From assembly GCA_951406725.2 (NCBI GenBank), contig OX597841.1, positions 25,482,001-25,546,000 of the forward strand: 64,000 nt of DNA, given 5' to 3'. This document shows, piece by piece, positions 25,188 to 38,468 of this stretch. Position numbers and translations under genes: made by a program. The stretch's first letter is position 1. Each line of letters opens with the position of its first letter. Under the pieces are notes generated by a model that saw nothing but the letters and a program-made list of their open reading frames with translations, was not told the origin of the DNA and did not search any database. Source of the stretch: Octopus vulgaris. Lineage: Eukaryota.

Positions 25188-26866
25188 AGTATATATATAT
25201 ATGTGTCAGTGTATATATGTGTGTGTGTATATATAAAAATGTATACATACATATGTATGTGCGTGTGTATATATAAAAATGTGTCAGTGTGTATATATGT
25301 GTGTGTGTTTGTGTGTGTGAGTTTAAATAATTGTTTGACTAGATGTGTGTATATATGTGTGTGCATATATGTGTATACATAAATGTATAAGTGTGTGTGT
25401 GTGTATATATATATATGTGTGTGTGTGTGTGTGCGTGCGTATATGTGTGTGTCCCCTTACCTTGTGATGGTAAAAATGTAAAAATCCAGGGTCTGTGGAG
25501 AAATCTGTCTCCCACATGGAGTTAGGACCGCGTCCAAACTATGACTGGCTGTCTTATACAATAGTGGAGGGAGGGGGGAGCAGCAGAGGCGGTGGTGGCG
25601 GTGGCAGTGCATGGGGGTGGTGTGGTTGGCTGTTGTGTGGTGGTGGTGGTGGTAGTGCTATGGAATGGTGGTGGTGGGGGCGATGGTGAGGGTGGTGTTG
25701 ATGGTAGTAGCATGTAATGGTGGTGGTGGTGCTGGTGTTGTTGGCAGTGGTGGCATGTTGGTGGTTGTGGTGGTGTTACAATGGTAGTGTGCTGTTATGG
25801 CGGTGTGTAGGACTGGTTTTCGGGAGGGGTGGTGCCGGTGCTGGCGGAGTTGGTGTTTGTGGTGGTGCTGGTGATGGAGTTGATGACGGAGGTGTTGGTG
25901 ATGGTAGTGGTGGTTGTGGTGGTGGTGGTAGTAGTATGCCATGGTGGTGGTGGTGCTGGTGTTTGTGGTGGTGGTTGGTGGTTTTGTTGGTGGTGCTGGT
26001 GATGGAGTTGATGATGGTGGTGTTGGTGATGGTAGTGGTGGTTGTGGTGGTGGTGGTGCTGGTGTTAGTGATGGTATTGTTGGTGGAGTTGATGATGGCA
26101 GTGTTGGTGAGGGTGGCTGTGATGGTGGTACGATGGTAGTGTGTACGGGTGTGTTACGGGGGTCTGTAGTGCTGGTTTGTGGGAGGCGGCGGTGCTACTG
26201 TTGGTGGTGGGTGGTGGACTTGATGTCTGTGGTGGTGATGATGTTGGTGATAGTGGTAGTGGTGGTGAACTTAATGGTGGTGGTGTTAGTGGTGATGGTG
26301 GTCATGATGATGATAATAGTAATGGTAGTGGTGGTGGTTGAGGTGATGGTGACAATAGTGATATTGGTGTTGTGGTGCTGGCGGTATCGGTAGCAATGGT
26401 GTTGGTGATGGTACAGTGGCAAAACTTAGCTGCTATTTCTAGCATGTTGAATGGCCTCATTGTGCTCTAGTGTCGGCTTTTGCATGGTTTTCATGGCTGG
26501 AGGTCCTTCTTAGTGCCAACCAGACTACAGCATAGTCCGAGTGCATATTCTAAAGATGCCACAAGCACTAGTGAGGCTGCTATGTAGCTTGCATGTCTGT
26601 GAACCCCAAGGGGGCAGTTTTAAGCTAGGCGATAAGGGGAGCAAAGGGGCCAGAGCGAGCAGGCTGTGAATTAAACTGAGAAGAACTAAGCTGCTATTTC
26701 TAGCATGCTGAATGGCCCTGTTAGTTTAGTGGCATCAGTTGTTGACTATTGTGATGTAATGTTCCATGTTGGCATGGGTTGGATGGTTTGAGAGGATCTG
26801 ATGGGCCCCAGGACAGCATCATGCTCTATTGTCTGCATTGGCATGACTTCTATGGCATGACTTCTA

Positions 26867-27236
26867 TGGAGGCGCAATGGCCCAGTGGTTAGGGCAGCGG
26901 ACTCGCGGTTTCGATTCCCAGACCAGGCGTATGAGTGTTTATTGAGTGAAAACACCTAAAAGTTCCACGAGGCCCCGGCAGGGGATGGTGGTGATCCCTA
27001 CTGTACTCTTTCACCACAACTTTCTCTCACTCTTACTTCCTGTTTCTGTTGTACCTGTATTTCAAAGGGCCGGCCCTGTCACTCTCTGTGTCATGCTGAA
27101 TATCCCCGAGAACTACGTTAAGGGTACACGTGTCTGTGGAGTGCTCAGCCACTTATACGTTAATTTCACGAGCAGGCTGTTCCGTTGATTCGGATCAACC
27201 AGAACCCTCGTCGTCGTAACCGACAGAGTGCTTCCA
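26867..27236 (+). mobile_element. Family B SINE inserted in a family D copy
   Basis: Match to 10121-10507; family D sequence resumes after 27236. Confidence 0.85.
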
Positions 27237-27377
27237 TGGCTGGGTGCCCTTCCTAATGCCAACCACTTTACAGCGTGTACCACATGCCTTTCTTGTTTTC
27301 AAACCACCAGTATTAGGAAGGCTGCTGTACAGCTTCCTTGACCACGAATCTAGAGGAGGTAGCTTTGTGTTGATAGA

Positions 27378-27730
27378 TCATCATCATCATCATTTAATGT
27401 CCCTTGTCCATGCTGGCATGGGTTGGGCGGTTTGACCAGGGCTGGAAAGCTGAAAGACTGCATCAGACTCCAGTCTGATTTGGCATGATTTTTACGGTCG
27501 GATGCCTTTCCTCATGCCAACCACTCCGAGAATGAAACGAGTGCTTTTATGTGTCACTGACATGGGTGCCATTTGCATGACACTGGGGTGCCTTTACGTG
27601 CCATCAGCACGGGTGCCAATTTGTGTGACACTAGTACCTGGCAAGACTGTGATTTTGCTTGGCTTGATGGGTCTTCTTCTCAAGCACAACATAATGCCAA
27701 AGGTCTTGGTCTTTGCCTCCCTGAGGCCCC
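27378..27730 (-). mobile_element. RTE-type LINE 3' end (family D)
   Basis: Minus strand reads GLREA../DLWHYVVLEK (RTE-like ORF2 end), then a 3'UTR and (GAT)n tail; similar YAVLEK at about 18413. Confidence 0.65.
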
Positions 27731-28282
27731 ACATTTGAAAGGAACTTTCCCTCTGTGAGGCCCAAAGCTTGAAAGGAACTCAGCCACTTTGCCTCCCCGA
27801 GGCCCCACATTTAAAAGGAACACAGTTACTTTCCCTCTGTGAGGCCCAATGCTTGAAAGGAACTCAGCCACCTTGCCTCCCCGAGGCCCAGCACTCGAAA
27901 GGAACTCAGTCACCTTGCCTCCCCGAGGCCCAGCACTCGAAAGGAACTCAGTTACTTTCCCTCTGTGAGGCCCAATACTTGAAAGGAACTCAGTCACCTT
28001 GCCTCCCCGAGGCCCAGCACTCGAAAGGAACACAGTTACTTTCCCTCTGTGAGGCCCAATGCTTGAAAGGAACTCAGCCACCTTGCCTCCCCGAGGCCCA
28101 GCACTCGAAAGGAACTCAGTCACCTTGCCTCCCCGAGGCCCAGCACTCGAAAGGAACTCAGTCACCTTGCCTCCCCGAGGCCCAGCACCCAAAAGGAACT
28201 CAGTTACTTTCCCTCTGTGAGGCCCAATGCTTGAAAGGAACTCAGCCCCTTTGCCTCGATGAGGCCTGACTCTTGAAAGGAA
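27712..28282. repeat. 42-bp minisatellite, ~13 units, two variants
   Basis: Unit CCTCCCCGAGGCCCAGCACTCGAAAGGAACTCAGTCACCTTG. Confidence 0.95.
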
Positions 28283-28501
28283 AGATACAGGGTAAAATTA
28301 TAAGAAAAGGGGTCTAGAGCAGAACAGGTCCCTTGCTGTAAAGAAACAACATGACAACTCTTCATTTTGGAAGAGAGAGTGGAAGCGATCAAATAAAACT
28401 GGAAAGAGACAAAAAAAAGGGGTTCCTGATTTGGTTTCTGTTTCAGTGGTGCACCTATTCCTCTAACCATTAAACTACACATCCCTACTAAAAGACTGCA
28501 T

Positions 28502-28567
28502 GGAAGCCACAGGCGTGAGCCCGGGTGAAGCCGACCATGGGTGCAGATCTCGGTGGTAGTACCAAAA
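28502..28567 (+). pseudogene. 28S (LSU) rRNA-derived fragment
   Basis: GAAGCC..AGGCGTGAGCCCGGGTGAAGCCG...GGTGCAGATCTCGGTGGTAGTACCAAA matches the conserved LSU motif GGTGCAGATCTTGGTGGTAGTAGCAAA plus its upstream context. Confidence 0.75.
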
Positions 28568-28979
28568 ACTCTGTACACAGGACTTGTGTTTGTTTTTGTT
28601 GTTTGTTTGTGCATTTGTTATGATTTTTAACTTACGTAATGGAATGCTTTGTACCCTTATTTTGTTTATACACACATACATATATGTCCCCCCATAACTT
28701 AGAAGTTTGGCAAAAAGAGACCGATAGAATAAGTACCAGGCTTACAAAGAATAAGTCCTGGGGTTGCTCTGTTCGACAAACAAGAGCGGTGCTCCATCAT
28801 GGCCACAGTCATATGACTGAAACAAGTACATTTCAGTTTGGAATATATCTGTGGATGAAATACCGCTAAGCATTTCATCCAGCATGCGGAAGAATTATGT
28901 TTATTTTTGTAGACGTCCATTTTATTTATATTTGGAAAGTTTTCTCCTACTTTTTATATCAATACCAAAATTTTTCATC

Positions 28980-29139
28980 AGATGTGGCTGTGTGGTAAGT
29001 AGCTTGCTAACCAGCCACATGGTTCCGGGTTCAGTCCCACTGCGTGGCATCTTGGGCAAGTGTCTTCTGCTATAGCCCCGGGCCGAACAATGCCTTGTGA
29101 GTGGACTTGGTAGACGGAAACTGAAAGAAGCCTGTCGTA

Positions 29140-29179
<40 letters not shown>

Positions 29180-29390
29180 CGTGTGTTTGTCTGTCTGTGT
29201 TTGTCCCCCTAGCATTGCTTGACAACCGATGCTGGTGTGTTTATGTTCCCATTACTTAGCGGTTCAGCAAAAGAGACCGATTGAATAAGTACTGTGCTTA
29301 CAAAAGAATAAGACCCGGGGTCGAGTTGCTCGATTAAAGGCGGTGCTCCAGCATGGCCACAGTCAAATGACTGAAACAAGTAAAAGAGTA
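28980..29390 (+). mobile_element. Family A SINE
   Basis: Full-length match. Confidence 0.9.
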
Positions 29391-29606
29391 TCCTCACAAT
29401 GAGACTACAAACACTTCAAAAATTATATTTCCAATCATATAAACTATTTTGAATATCGTTTTTGCATGTTTAAAGGGATTTTTTTGGGGCCGTAAACCAT
29501 TTTGGCATACTGTATCTCGGAGTACATTACATAAGGTGATAGAGACCCTAAACACTTAACAGATTTTGATGCCCCCATATATATTTAATTCAAAATATAA
29601 ACAATA

Positions 29607-30002
29607 TGCACAGGAGTGGCTGTGTGGTAAGTAGCTTGCTTACCAACCACATGGTTCCGGGTTCAGTCCCACTGCGTGGCACCTTGGGCGAGTGTCTTCT
29701 ACTATAGCCTCGGGTCGACCAAAGCCTTGTGAGTGAATTTGGTAGACGGAAACTGAAAGAAGCCCGTTGTATATATGTATGTGTATATATATGTGTGTGT
29801 GTGTTTGTACCCCCAACATCACTTGACAACCGATGTTGGTGTGTGTATGTCCCCGTAACTTAGCAGTTCGGCCAAAGACACCGATAGAATAAGTACTAGG
29901 CTTACAAAGAATAAGTCCTCGGCTCAATTTGCACGACTAAAGGCGGTGCTCCAGCATGGCCACAGTCAAATGACTGAAACAAGTAAAAAAGTAAAAGAGA
30001 GT
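29607..30002 (+). mobile_element. Family A SINE
   Basis: Full-length match. Confidence 0.9.
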
Positions 30003-30106
30003 AATAATAAAAGTCTTTAATCAAATCCTTAGAATTAATCTTATGCAATTAATTTACTTCTATAATTACTAGAGATAAGCCATCCAGAAATAGGAATTAT
30101 AATATA

Positions 30107-30499
30107 CTAGCAGTATCCCCCGGCACTGCTCGGGTTTATTTCGATCCTTTAGAATTGGAATTTTTGAAAAGTAAAAAATTTGCACTATGTAGCTTGTTAT
30201 TCTCTTTAAGTGAACATTTTTCTGGTTGAAATACACCGTAAAATGGCGACAAAGCAGTCAAAAAACCATAAAAAAATAGGGATTTTCATAGAAAAAAAGC
30301 ACCTTTTTGATGTAAATAATTTTTGGTGTTAACATGGTCCGATTTGAATTTTTTCTTCCACAGAATGAAGAGCAAGCCTTATTCTATCATACTCTCAATT
30401 TTGGTCAACTTGTGCCACGGGGCCTTGGAGGAGATAGTGTTAGTTGAAGGCTACCAAACCTGCCATACACAGACAACTTCAGCTTTATATATAGAGAGA
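30107..30499 (-). mobile_element. Non-autonomous Helitron
   Basis: Minus strand: A|TCTCTCTATATATAAAGCTGAAGTTGTCTGTG ... CCCGAGCAGTGCCGGG hairpin GATACTGCTAG|T. Confidence 0.8.
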
Positions 30500-30971
30500 T
30501 TTCAACTGAGAAAATGAACAGACAGTGTCTACGCTTGGAAAGGCAGACTTCATATAATGGTCATTCTAGCAAGTTTAAGTTGATTTCTTTTGTAATGTCA
30601 ACCATCTACCATTATTTTGCAGATTGCTTAATCGAGGGCTGACTTTTCCATGCCTGCACATGGGTCTGAAGGAATTTATTTGCAGTTGCTATATTTTTTG
30701 CCCCCATAATTGGATACCCTTCCTGTCTCCTAACCTACACTTAATTCCATGCATGGCAATATTTACTCCAGTGACCAGACATGTTTTCATGGAAGATTGG
30801 AAATAAAGGAGACCACTTACATGACGGTGGCACTCATTTACAGCTGCCACACACTGCCAAGGCAAGGGGACAATAAACCCATGAATTTTACTATACACTT
30901 TAGTTCATTCATATCGTACTAATTTACCATAACTTCTTTCAACTTTTCCAACTTCTTGTAAACTTCAAATA

Positions 30972-31370
30972 TAGGCACAGGAGTGGCTGTGTGGAAAGTA
31001 GCTTGCTTACCAACCACATGGTTCCGGGTTCAGTCCCACTGCATGGCACCTTGGGCAAGTGTCTTCTACTATAGTCTTGGGCCGCTGGAATAAGTATTAG
31101 GCTTACAAAGAATAAGGCTTGGGGTCGATTTGATCAACTAAAGGCAGTGCTCCAGCATGGCCAGTCAAATGACTGAAACAAGTAAAAGAATAAATTACTA
31201 AAATATATATATAGATATGATGGGCTTCTTTCAGTTTCCATCTAACAAATCCACTCATGAGGCTTTGGTCGGCCCAGGGCTGCAGTAGAAGATGCTTGAC
31301 AAAGGATCTACGTAGTGGGACTGAACCCAGAACCATGTGGTTGAGGAGCAATGTTCGTACACAGCTACAC
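30972..31370. mobile_element. Two family A SINE pieces in opposite orientation
   Basis: 30972-31195 (+, internally deleted) and 31218-31370 (-). Confidence 0.8.
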
Positions 31371-31484
31371 ATCTATGTGTGTGAATGTTTGTGACAGCTG
31401 TAAACGAGTGCCACTGTTACATAAGCAGTGTTATAAATTTCCAGTATCCTCTGTAAACATATGTGGCCATTGGGGAAATATTCG

Positions 31485-32365
31485 TTTCTACTCTTGGCAC
31501 GAGGCCTGAAATTTTGGGAAAGGGAGGCCAGTCAATTAGAATGACCCCAGTATGCAACTGGCACTTAATTTATTGACTCTGAAAGGATGAAAGGCAAAGT
31601 CGACCTCAGCGGAATTTGAACTCAGAACATAAAGACTGATGAAATACCTATTTCTTTACTATCCACAAGGGGCTATGAAATACCGTTAAGCATTTCGGCC
31701 AACTTGCTAAAGTTTCTTATTTCTTTACTACCCACAAGGGGCTACACACAGAGGGGACAAACAAGGACAGACAAACGGACCAAGTCGATTACATCAACCC
31801 CAGTGCATAGCTGGTACTTATTTAATCGACCCCGAAAAGATGAAAGGCAAAGTCGACCTCAGCGAAATTTGAACTCAGAACGTAGCAGCAGACGAAATAC
31901 CTATTTCTTTACTACCCACAAGGGGCTAAACACAGAGGGGACAAACAAGGACAGACATAGGTATTAAGTCGATTACATCGACCCCAGTACATAGCTGGTA
32001 CTTATTTAATCGACCCCGAAAAGATGAAAGGCAAAGTTGACCTCAGCGAAATTTGAACTCAGAACGTAGCAGCAGACAAAATACCGCTGGGCATTTCGCC
32101 CGGCGTGCTAACGTTTCTGCCAGCTCACCACCTTCGATGTTGGTTATATTCTTTTCTACTCTAGGCACAAGGCCCGAAATTTTGGGGATGGGGGCTAGTC
32201 AATTAGATCGACCCCAATATGCAAGTGGTACTTAATTTATTGATCCCCAAAAGATGAAAGGCAAAGTCGACCTTGGCGGAATTTGAACTCAGAACGTAAA
32301 GACAGATGAAATGACACTAAGCATTTCACCCGGCGTGCTAACGTTTCTGCCAGCTTGCTGCCTTA
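31485..32365 (-). mobile_element. Head-to-tail cluster of family C (Nin-domain) SINEs
   Basis: Four GATGAAAGGCAAAGT(C/T)GACCT cores with two different tail types. Confidence 0.85.
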
Positions 32366-32699
32366 CCATTTGGAAAATATTACCCCACTTGGAAACAGGT
32401 GAAGCTTGGTAACAGGAAAGGCGTCCGGCTGCAGGGAAAATGTGCCCTTGAATGAACAGCTGTCCTATCCATGCCAGCATAGAAGAGTGGACATTAAAGT
32501 GATGATGATGATGATGATGATGAGGGAAGGTGTGGTACTGCTTGTGGTATGGTGTGGTGCTGTGTGAGAGAAGTGTCATCCAGTGTAGCAGTGGTGGTGG
32601 TGGTGGTGGGAAGCGATGTACTATAATGTTGTGTTGAGGTGGTGGTGGTGGTGGTGGTGCTGGTAGTGTTGCAGTTGGTGGTGTGGTGCTACGATTTGT

Positions 32700-32735
<36 letters not shown>

Positions 32736-33144
32736 TCTTCAAAGAAACGATTGTCCCTCCCGTATGTGAGCGTGTACATTCGTGTCCATGTGTGTGAGTA
32801 CATTCGTGTATGCGTGCATGTGTGTGTGTGTGTGTGTGTGACAATTACGGCTAATTAATTAGGTCACTGCGTGACCGGTTGCCAAATTTTCCGATGACCC
32901 AAACAAAGGACAAGGAAACACGAATAAATAAATCAATTAGACAAACAAACAAACAAACAAATGAATAAATTAAATAAATAAGTAAATAAATAAATAAACA
33001 AACAGGGTGGGGGGGGGGGGGCGGGTAAGGGAAGAGGTGACCAAATTAAAGGACAAATCCATCTTGTACACAGTCACATATTCATGTACGTATATATCTG
33101 TGTATATATATATATATATATGTATGTATATGTATATGTATATG

Positions 33145-33264
<120 letters not shown>

Positions 33265-33274
33265 TGTATATATC

Positions 33275-33399
<125 letters not shown>

Positions 33400-33473
33400 A
33401 TATATATCGTGTATAGATATATATATACATACATATATATTATATATATATATGCAAAATATATATATATATA

Positions 33474-33520
<47 letters not shown>

Positions 33521-33666
33521 TATATATGATGTTTGTGTGTGTGTGTCTACGCACTTCTTATAAATCTTCGTATATTACACCATCTATGTGAGTGTATATG
33601 CATATACACTACTTTGCATGTGCATATACAAAGAATACATGTACATGTCTATACATACATATACAT

Positions 33667-33871
<205 letters not shown>

Positions 33872-34522
33872 ATGTGTGTGTATGTATATATATATATATA
33901 TATATACACACTCACACATACACACACACCTTTATACACCAAATAATGAGCTGTCAAATTATATTTCTCCGTCGGTCTGCATGTCTCACCTCATTTTGAC
34001 TTTTTCTTTTAGATTTCGGCCCTCCACACGCCACCCCCTACCTTTGCTGCCCTTCTATTTCCTGTGCCCATTAAGCTTTGTTCTGTGTGCTTTTACCTAT
34101 CTAAACTCTTTGTCTGTTTGTCAATCTATTTATCTATTTAAGTTTCCACCCACCGATCCAGCTATCTAGCTATCTGTTTTTTTCTGTCTGTCTGTCTATC
34201 TGTCTGTCGGTCAATCAATTTATCTCTCTGTCTATCTATCTGTCTGTCTGTCTGTCTGTCTATCTGTCTCCATGTCTATCTATCTATCTGTCTGTCTGTC
34301 TGTATGTCTCCCTGTCTATCTATCTATCTATCTATCTATCTGTCTGTCTGTCTCCCTGTCTATCTATCTAGCTGTCTGTCTGTCTATCTATCTATCTGTC
34401 TGTCTGTCTGTCTATCTGTCTCTCTGTCTATCTATCTATCTGTCTGTCTGTCTGTCTGTCTATCTGTCTGTCTATCTATCTATCTGTCTGTCTGTCTGTC
34501 TATCTGTCTGTCTATCTATCTA

Positions 34523-34553
<31 letters not shown>

Positions 34554-34570
34554 CTCTGTCTCTCTATCTA

Positions 34571-34613
<43 letters not shown>

Positions 34614-34722
34614 GTCTGTCTCCCTGTCTATCTATCTATCTGTCTGTCTGTCTGTCTCTTTATCTGTCTCTCTGTCTATCTATCTGTCTGTCTGTCTGTC
34701 TATCTGTCTCTCTGTCTCCCTG

Positions 34723-34785
<63 letters not shown>

Positions 34786-34828
34786 GTCTATCTATCTATC
34801 TGTCTCTCTGTCCGTCCCTCTATCTATC

Positions 34829-35051
34829 CATCCTCTTCTTTCCTCCCCACTTTTTTCATTTTTCTTTTCTTTTGGTCCTTTTCCCTTTTTTTCCTTCTTT
34901 TTTTCTTTTTTTTGTTCTTTTTTCCCTTTTTCGATCCCTTTTGATCGAAAACCTACGCCATCTTTTTCTTTTTTTTCATCCCCAAAAAAGAAAAGCTCTA
35001 CTTTGTAACTTGTCCCATCTGTGTGCAGCCCTGTGTGGCCAATAAAGAAAC
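34829..35051 (+). mobile_element. L1/Tx1-like 3'UTR fragment inside (TATC)n
   Basis: T-rich tract, TTGTAACTTGTCC...GCCCTGTGTGGCCAATAAAGAAAC; copies at 41357-41516(-) and 63358-63381(-). Confidence 0.6.
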
Positions 35052-35104
35052 TTATCTATCTATCTATCTATGTATCTGTCTATCTATCTATATCCAACTA
35101 TCCG

Positions 35105-35143
<39 letters not shown>

Positions 35144-35365
35144 ATGTCTATCTGTCTATTGATGTATCAGTCTCTATCTGTTTAACTGTGTGTGTCTGTC
35201 TATCATAACTATATGTTTATCTCTCTTTCTCTCTCTCTCTCTCTCTCTTCCTCTCTCTCTGTCTAGCTGTCTGTCTGTCTATTTGTCTATCTCTCTGACT
35301 GTTCATCCATCCATCCATCCATCCGACAATTTATCTATTGGTCTACTATCTGTCTGTGTATCTAT

Positions 35366-35405
<40 letters not shown>

Positions 35406-36469
35406 TGTCTAGTCCATCTAGCTATTTGTCTATCTATATTTATCTCTCTATCTACCTCTCTATATTTATCTATCTGTCTGTATATCTGTTTGAATGCACA
35501 AATATGTGGACAGACAGCAGCACAAAGACACCTTCACCCTGCTCTCCACACACACACACACACACACACACACAAAGAACAATTCTTGAGGATTCTGCAA
35601 AGAGAGCAACCAGCAAAACTCACCACCCTCACGACAACGGCTCACTTTTTCTCACTAACCCCTGATCCTGATCCCTTCTCTATCACCTGCCAAATCCACA
35701 CAGCCCGTCAACCACAATAGTATCTACTCTGTAATTTTACTCCCTACAACAGTCAGATTGTGTAACTCTGCACTCCTCAGAGGTAGCCTTTATATAATGA
35801 AATATTGTAACTGCGCTCTATTGTTTGAGGTTAGTGGTTGCTGTGAAAGAGATGATGAATCGGATCGAGTAGGGAATTGAGTTAAGAGTTATGCCCCTTG
35901 ATATCAAAGCATCAACGCTGGAGTGGGTTTTGTTGTGAGTCGGCAAGTGTTTCCTGGAAAAGTTTGTGGGAAATGTGTGTCTTGTACATTCGTGTTCTTG
36001 TGAAATTGGAATTGAGTGTAGTGGTTCTGTAAGTGTAACCTTTGCTGGAGAGTGTGGGCATACATATTTGTGTTCATTAGTGTTTAAGTATGTATATGCG
36101 AGCAAAACAGCCCCTGTCCAATGTCAAACAGTTAAACCAAATTTTCTCAAAACAACTTGTCCGACCGTCCCATAGGCCTCCCCTTCGAGAAGCACTGATT
36201 TAACCTAAATTTGAGACACCAGCAAAAGAAGAAATAAAGATAGACTTTTTTTCTATTCCAAAGAAAAACGATTTTATTCACACAAATATGCAACTGAAGA
36301 GTTTAAAGTACCAGTAATGATAAGTCTGTAGACTGGGAGAACACAAACATGGTTTAAACACTAAGCTTGGCAGGAAAGAAACGTTCCTTTAAGCAGTACA
36401 AAAACAACAAAAAATGGAAGGTGCAGTTATGTACAGGTTGACGGAAGAAAAGCAGGACAAAAACGGCTT

Positions 36470-36640
36470 TATCGATCGCATTCTCATCTGGAATCGACTT
36501 TTGTAATTTTTCTCAAGACTTATACATGCCCTGATACCGTCGGTATCTACATATCAAATTTGAGCGCAATTGAATGGAGGATGCCTGAGATCCTAGAAGG
36601 TACACACACAGACAGACAGAACGGATTTTATATAATAGAT
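36470..36640 (-). mobile_element. Helitron-like 5' end fragment
   Basis: Minus strand starts A|TCTATTATATATAAAATCCGTTCTGTCTGTCTGTGTGTG, like the other Helitron 5' ends. Confidence 0.5.
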
Positions 36641-36647
36641 ATAGTAG

Positions 36648-37020
36648 CTTTCCATCGGTTGTAACAAAGAGGGTTCCAGTTGATCTGGTCAACAGAACAG
36701 CATGCTCGTGAAATTAACCTGCAAGTGTCTGAGCTCTCCACAGATATGTGTACCCTTGACGTAGTTCCCAGGGAGATTCAGTGTGACACAGAGTGTGGCA
36801 AGGCTGGCCCCTTTGAAATACAGGTACAACAGAAACAGGAAGAAAGAGAGACAGTGGTGACGAAAGAGTACAACAGGGTTCGCCACCATCCCCTGTGAAA
36901 GCCTCGTGGAGCTTTAGGTGTTTTTGCTCAATCAACACTAACAACGCCCGGTCTGGGAATCGAAACTGCAATCCTGCAACCACGAGTCCGCTACCCTAAC
37001 CAGTGGGCCATTGCGCCTCC
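36648..37020 (-). mobile_element. Family B SINE
   Basis: Reverse-complement match to 10121-10507. Confidence 0.85.
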
Positions 37021-37426
37021 AAATGTATATAGATATATGTCTGTTTTGGTATTTTCACAAGTACTTTGAGGTTTTTATAACAATCATCATGGGGCCATTT
37101 TTTATATGCACAATAGCAGTCATATCTAGGTAAATATATATATATATATCACGTGACCGACCAGACAATCAGATGTTGTTACACATCGCTGGTCACAATG
37201 CGTTCGCATTGTTTTAGCCTTCGAATGACGTACAACAGAAACAGGAAGAAAGAGAAAAAGTGGTGACGAAAGAGTACAGCAGGGATCACCACCATCCCCT
37301 GCCGGAGCCTCGTGGGGCTTTTTAGGTGTTTTCGCTCAATAAACACTCACATCGCCCGGCCTGGGAATCAAAACCGCGATCCTGCAACCGCGAGTCCGCT
37401 GCCCTAACCACCGGGCCATTGCGTCT

Positions 37427-37544
<118 letters not shown>

Positions 37545-37862
37545 GATATGTTACAAAAAGAAAATAGAAACTATAGAAACTACACATAGAAATGTAAGGG
37601 AGAAGTAAGAAGAAAAATAAGCGTAAATGCACATTGGAAATCAAAAAAATTAAAGGTTTAGTGAACTGACTGTGGCCATGCTGGAGCACCACTTTTTAGT
37701 CGAACAGATCGATCCCAAGATTTATTCTTTATAAGCCTAGTACTTACTCTATCGGTCTCTTTTGCTGATCCAATCAGTTATGGGGATGTAAACACACCAA
37801 CATCGCTTGTCAAGCAATGTTGGGATGACAAACACAGACGCACAAAGATAAACACACACACA

Positions 37863-37912
<50 letters not shown>

Positions 37913-37937
37913 AATATATATATATATATATATATAC

Positions 37938-38468
37938 TTGAAACTTGACTCCCTCCAGCGTCGCCGTGAGCGGTACATCATTTGTATGATGTGGAAAATA
38001 TACCGCCAACTTTGCCCAAACGACCTAAACATTAGCTTCAAGGTTCATCCAAGACTTGGACCACGGGCTATACGTCCCCTGCCCAATTCAAGATCACAAC
38101 ATACATGTACACTGCTACATAATTTCTTTTCCTCAACAGGCCCTGCCCTATTTAACATTGTCCCGAGGGACATCAAAGAGGAAAAGGATCCCATCAACTT
38201 TAAACAGAGTCTGGATAGATTCCTTGAAAGAATACCAGATAAGCCACCCATAATTGGATACAACAACTCACCCAACAAGAACTCACTACTTGATACAAAA
38301 ACAAGAACTCACTACTTGAACAAAACTACAACTCACCCAACAAGAACTCACTACTTGAACAAAACTTGACTTAAACAGGATTCGAATAATCCTATCAGGT
38401 GGTGCTATTAAGTTAGACATGGCCTGGACCAATCTTTGGTCGAAACATATCTAAGTTTATCTAAGTTT
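37938..38468 (+). mobile_element. CR1/L2-group LINE 3' fragment nested in a family A SINE
   Basis: LDSLQRRRERYII..WKI...GPALFNIVP..IK...FKQSLDRFL..IPDKP...GY...NSLL ORF2 C-terminus; (ATCTAAGTTT)2 tail; SINE halves at 37660-37860 and 38505-38670. Confidence 0.85.

Noticed and set aside
27680-28269. 14-aa repeat proteins on both strands
   Set aside because: Consequence of a 42-bp stop-free minisatellite
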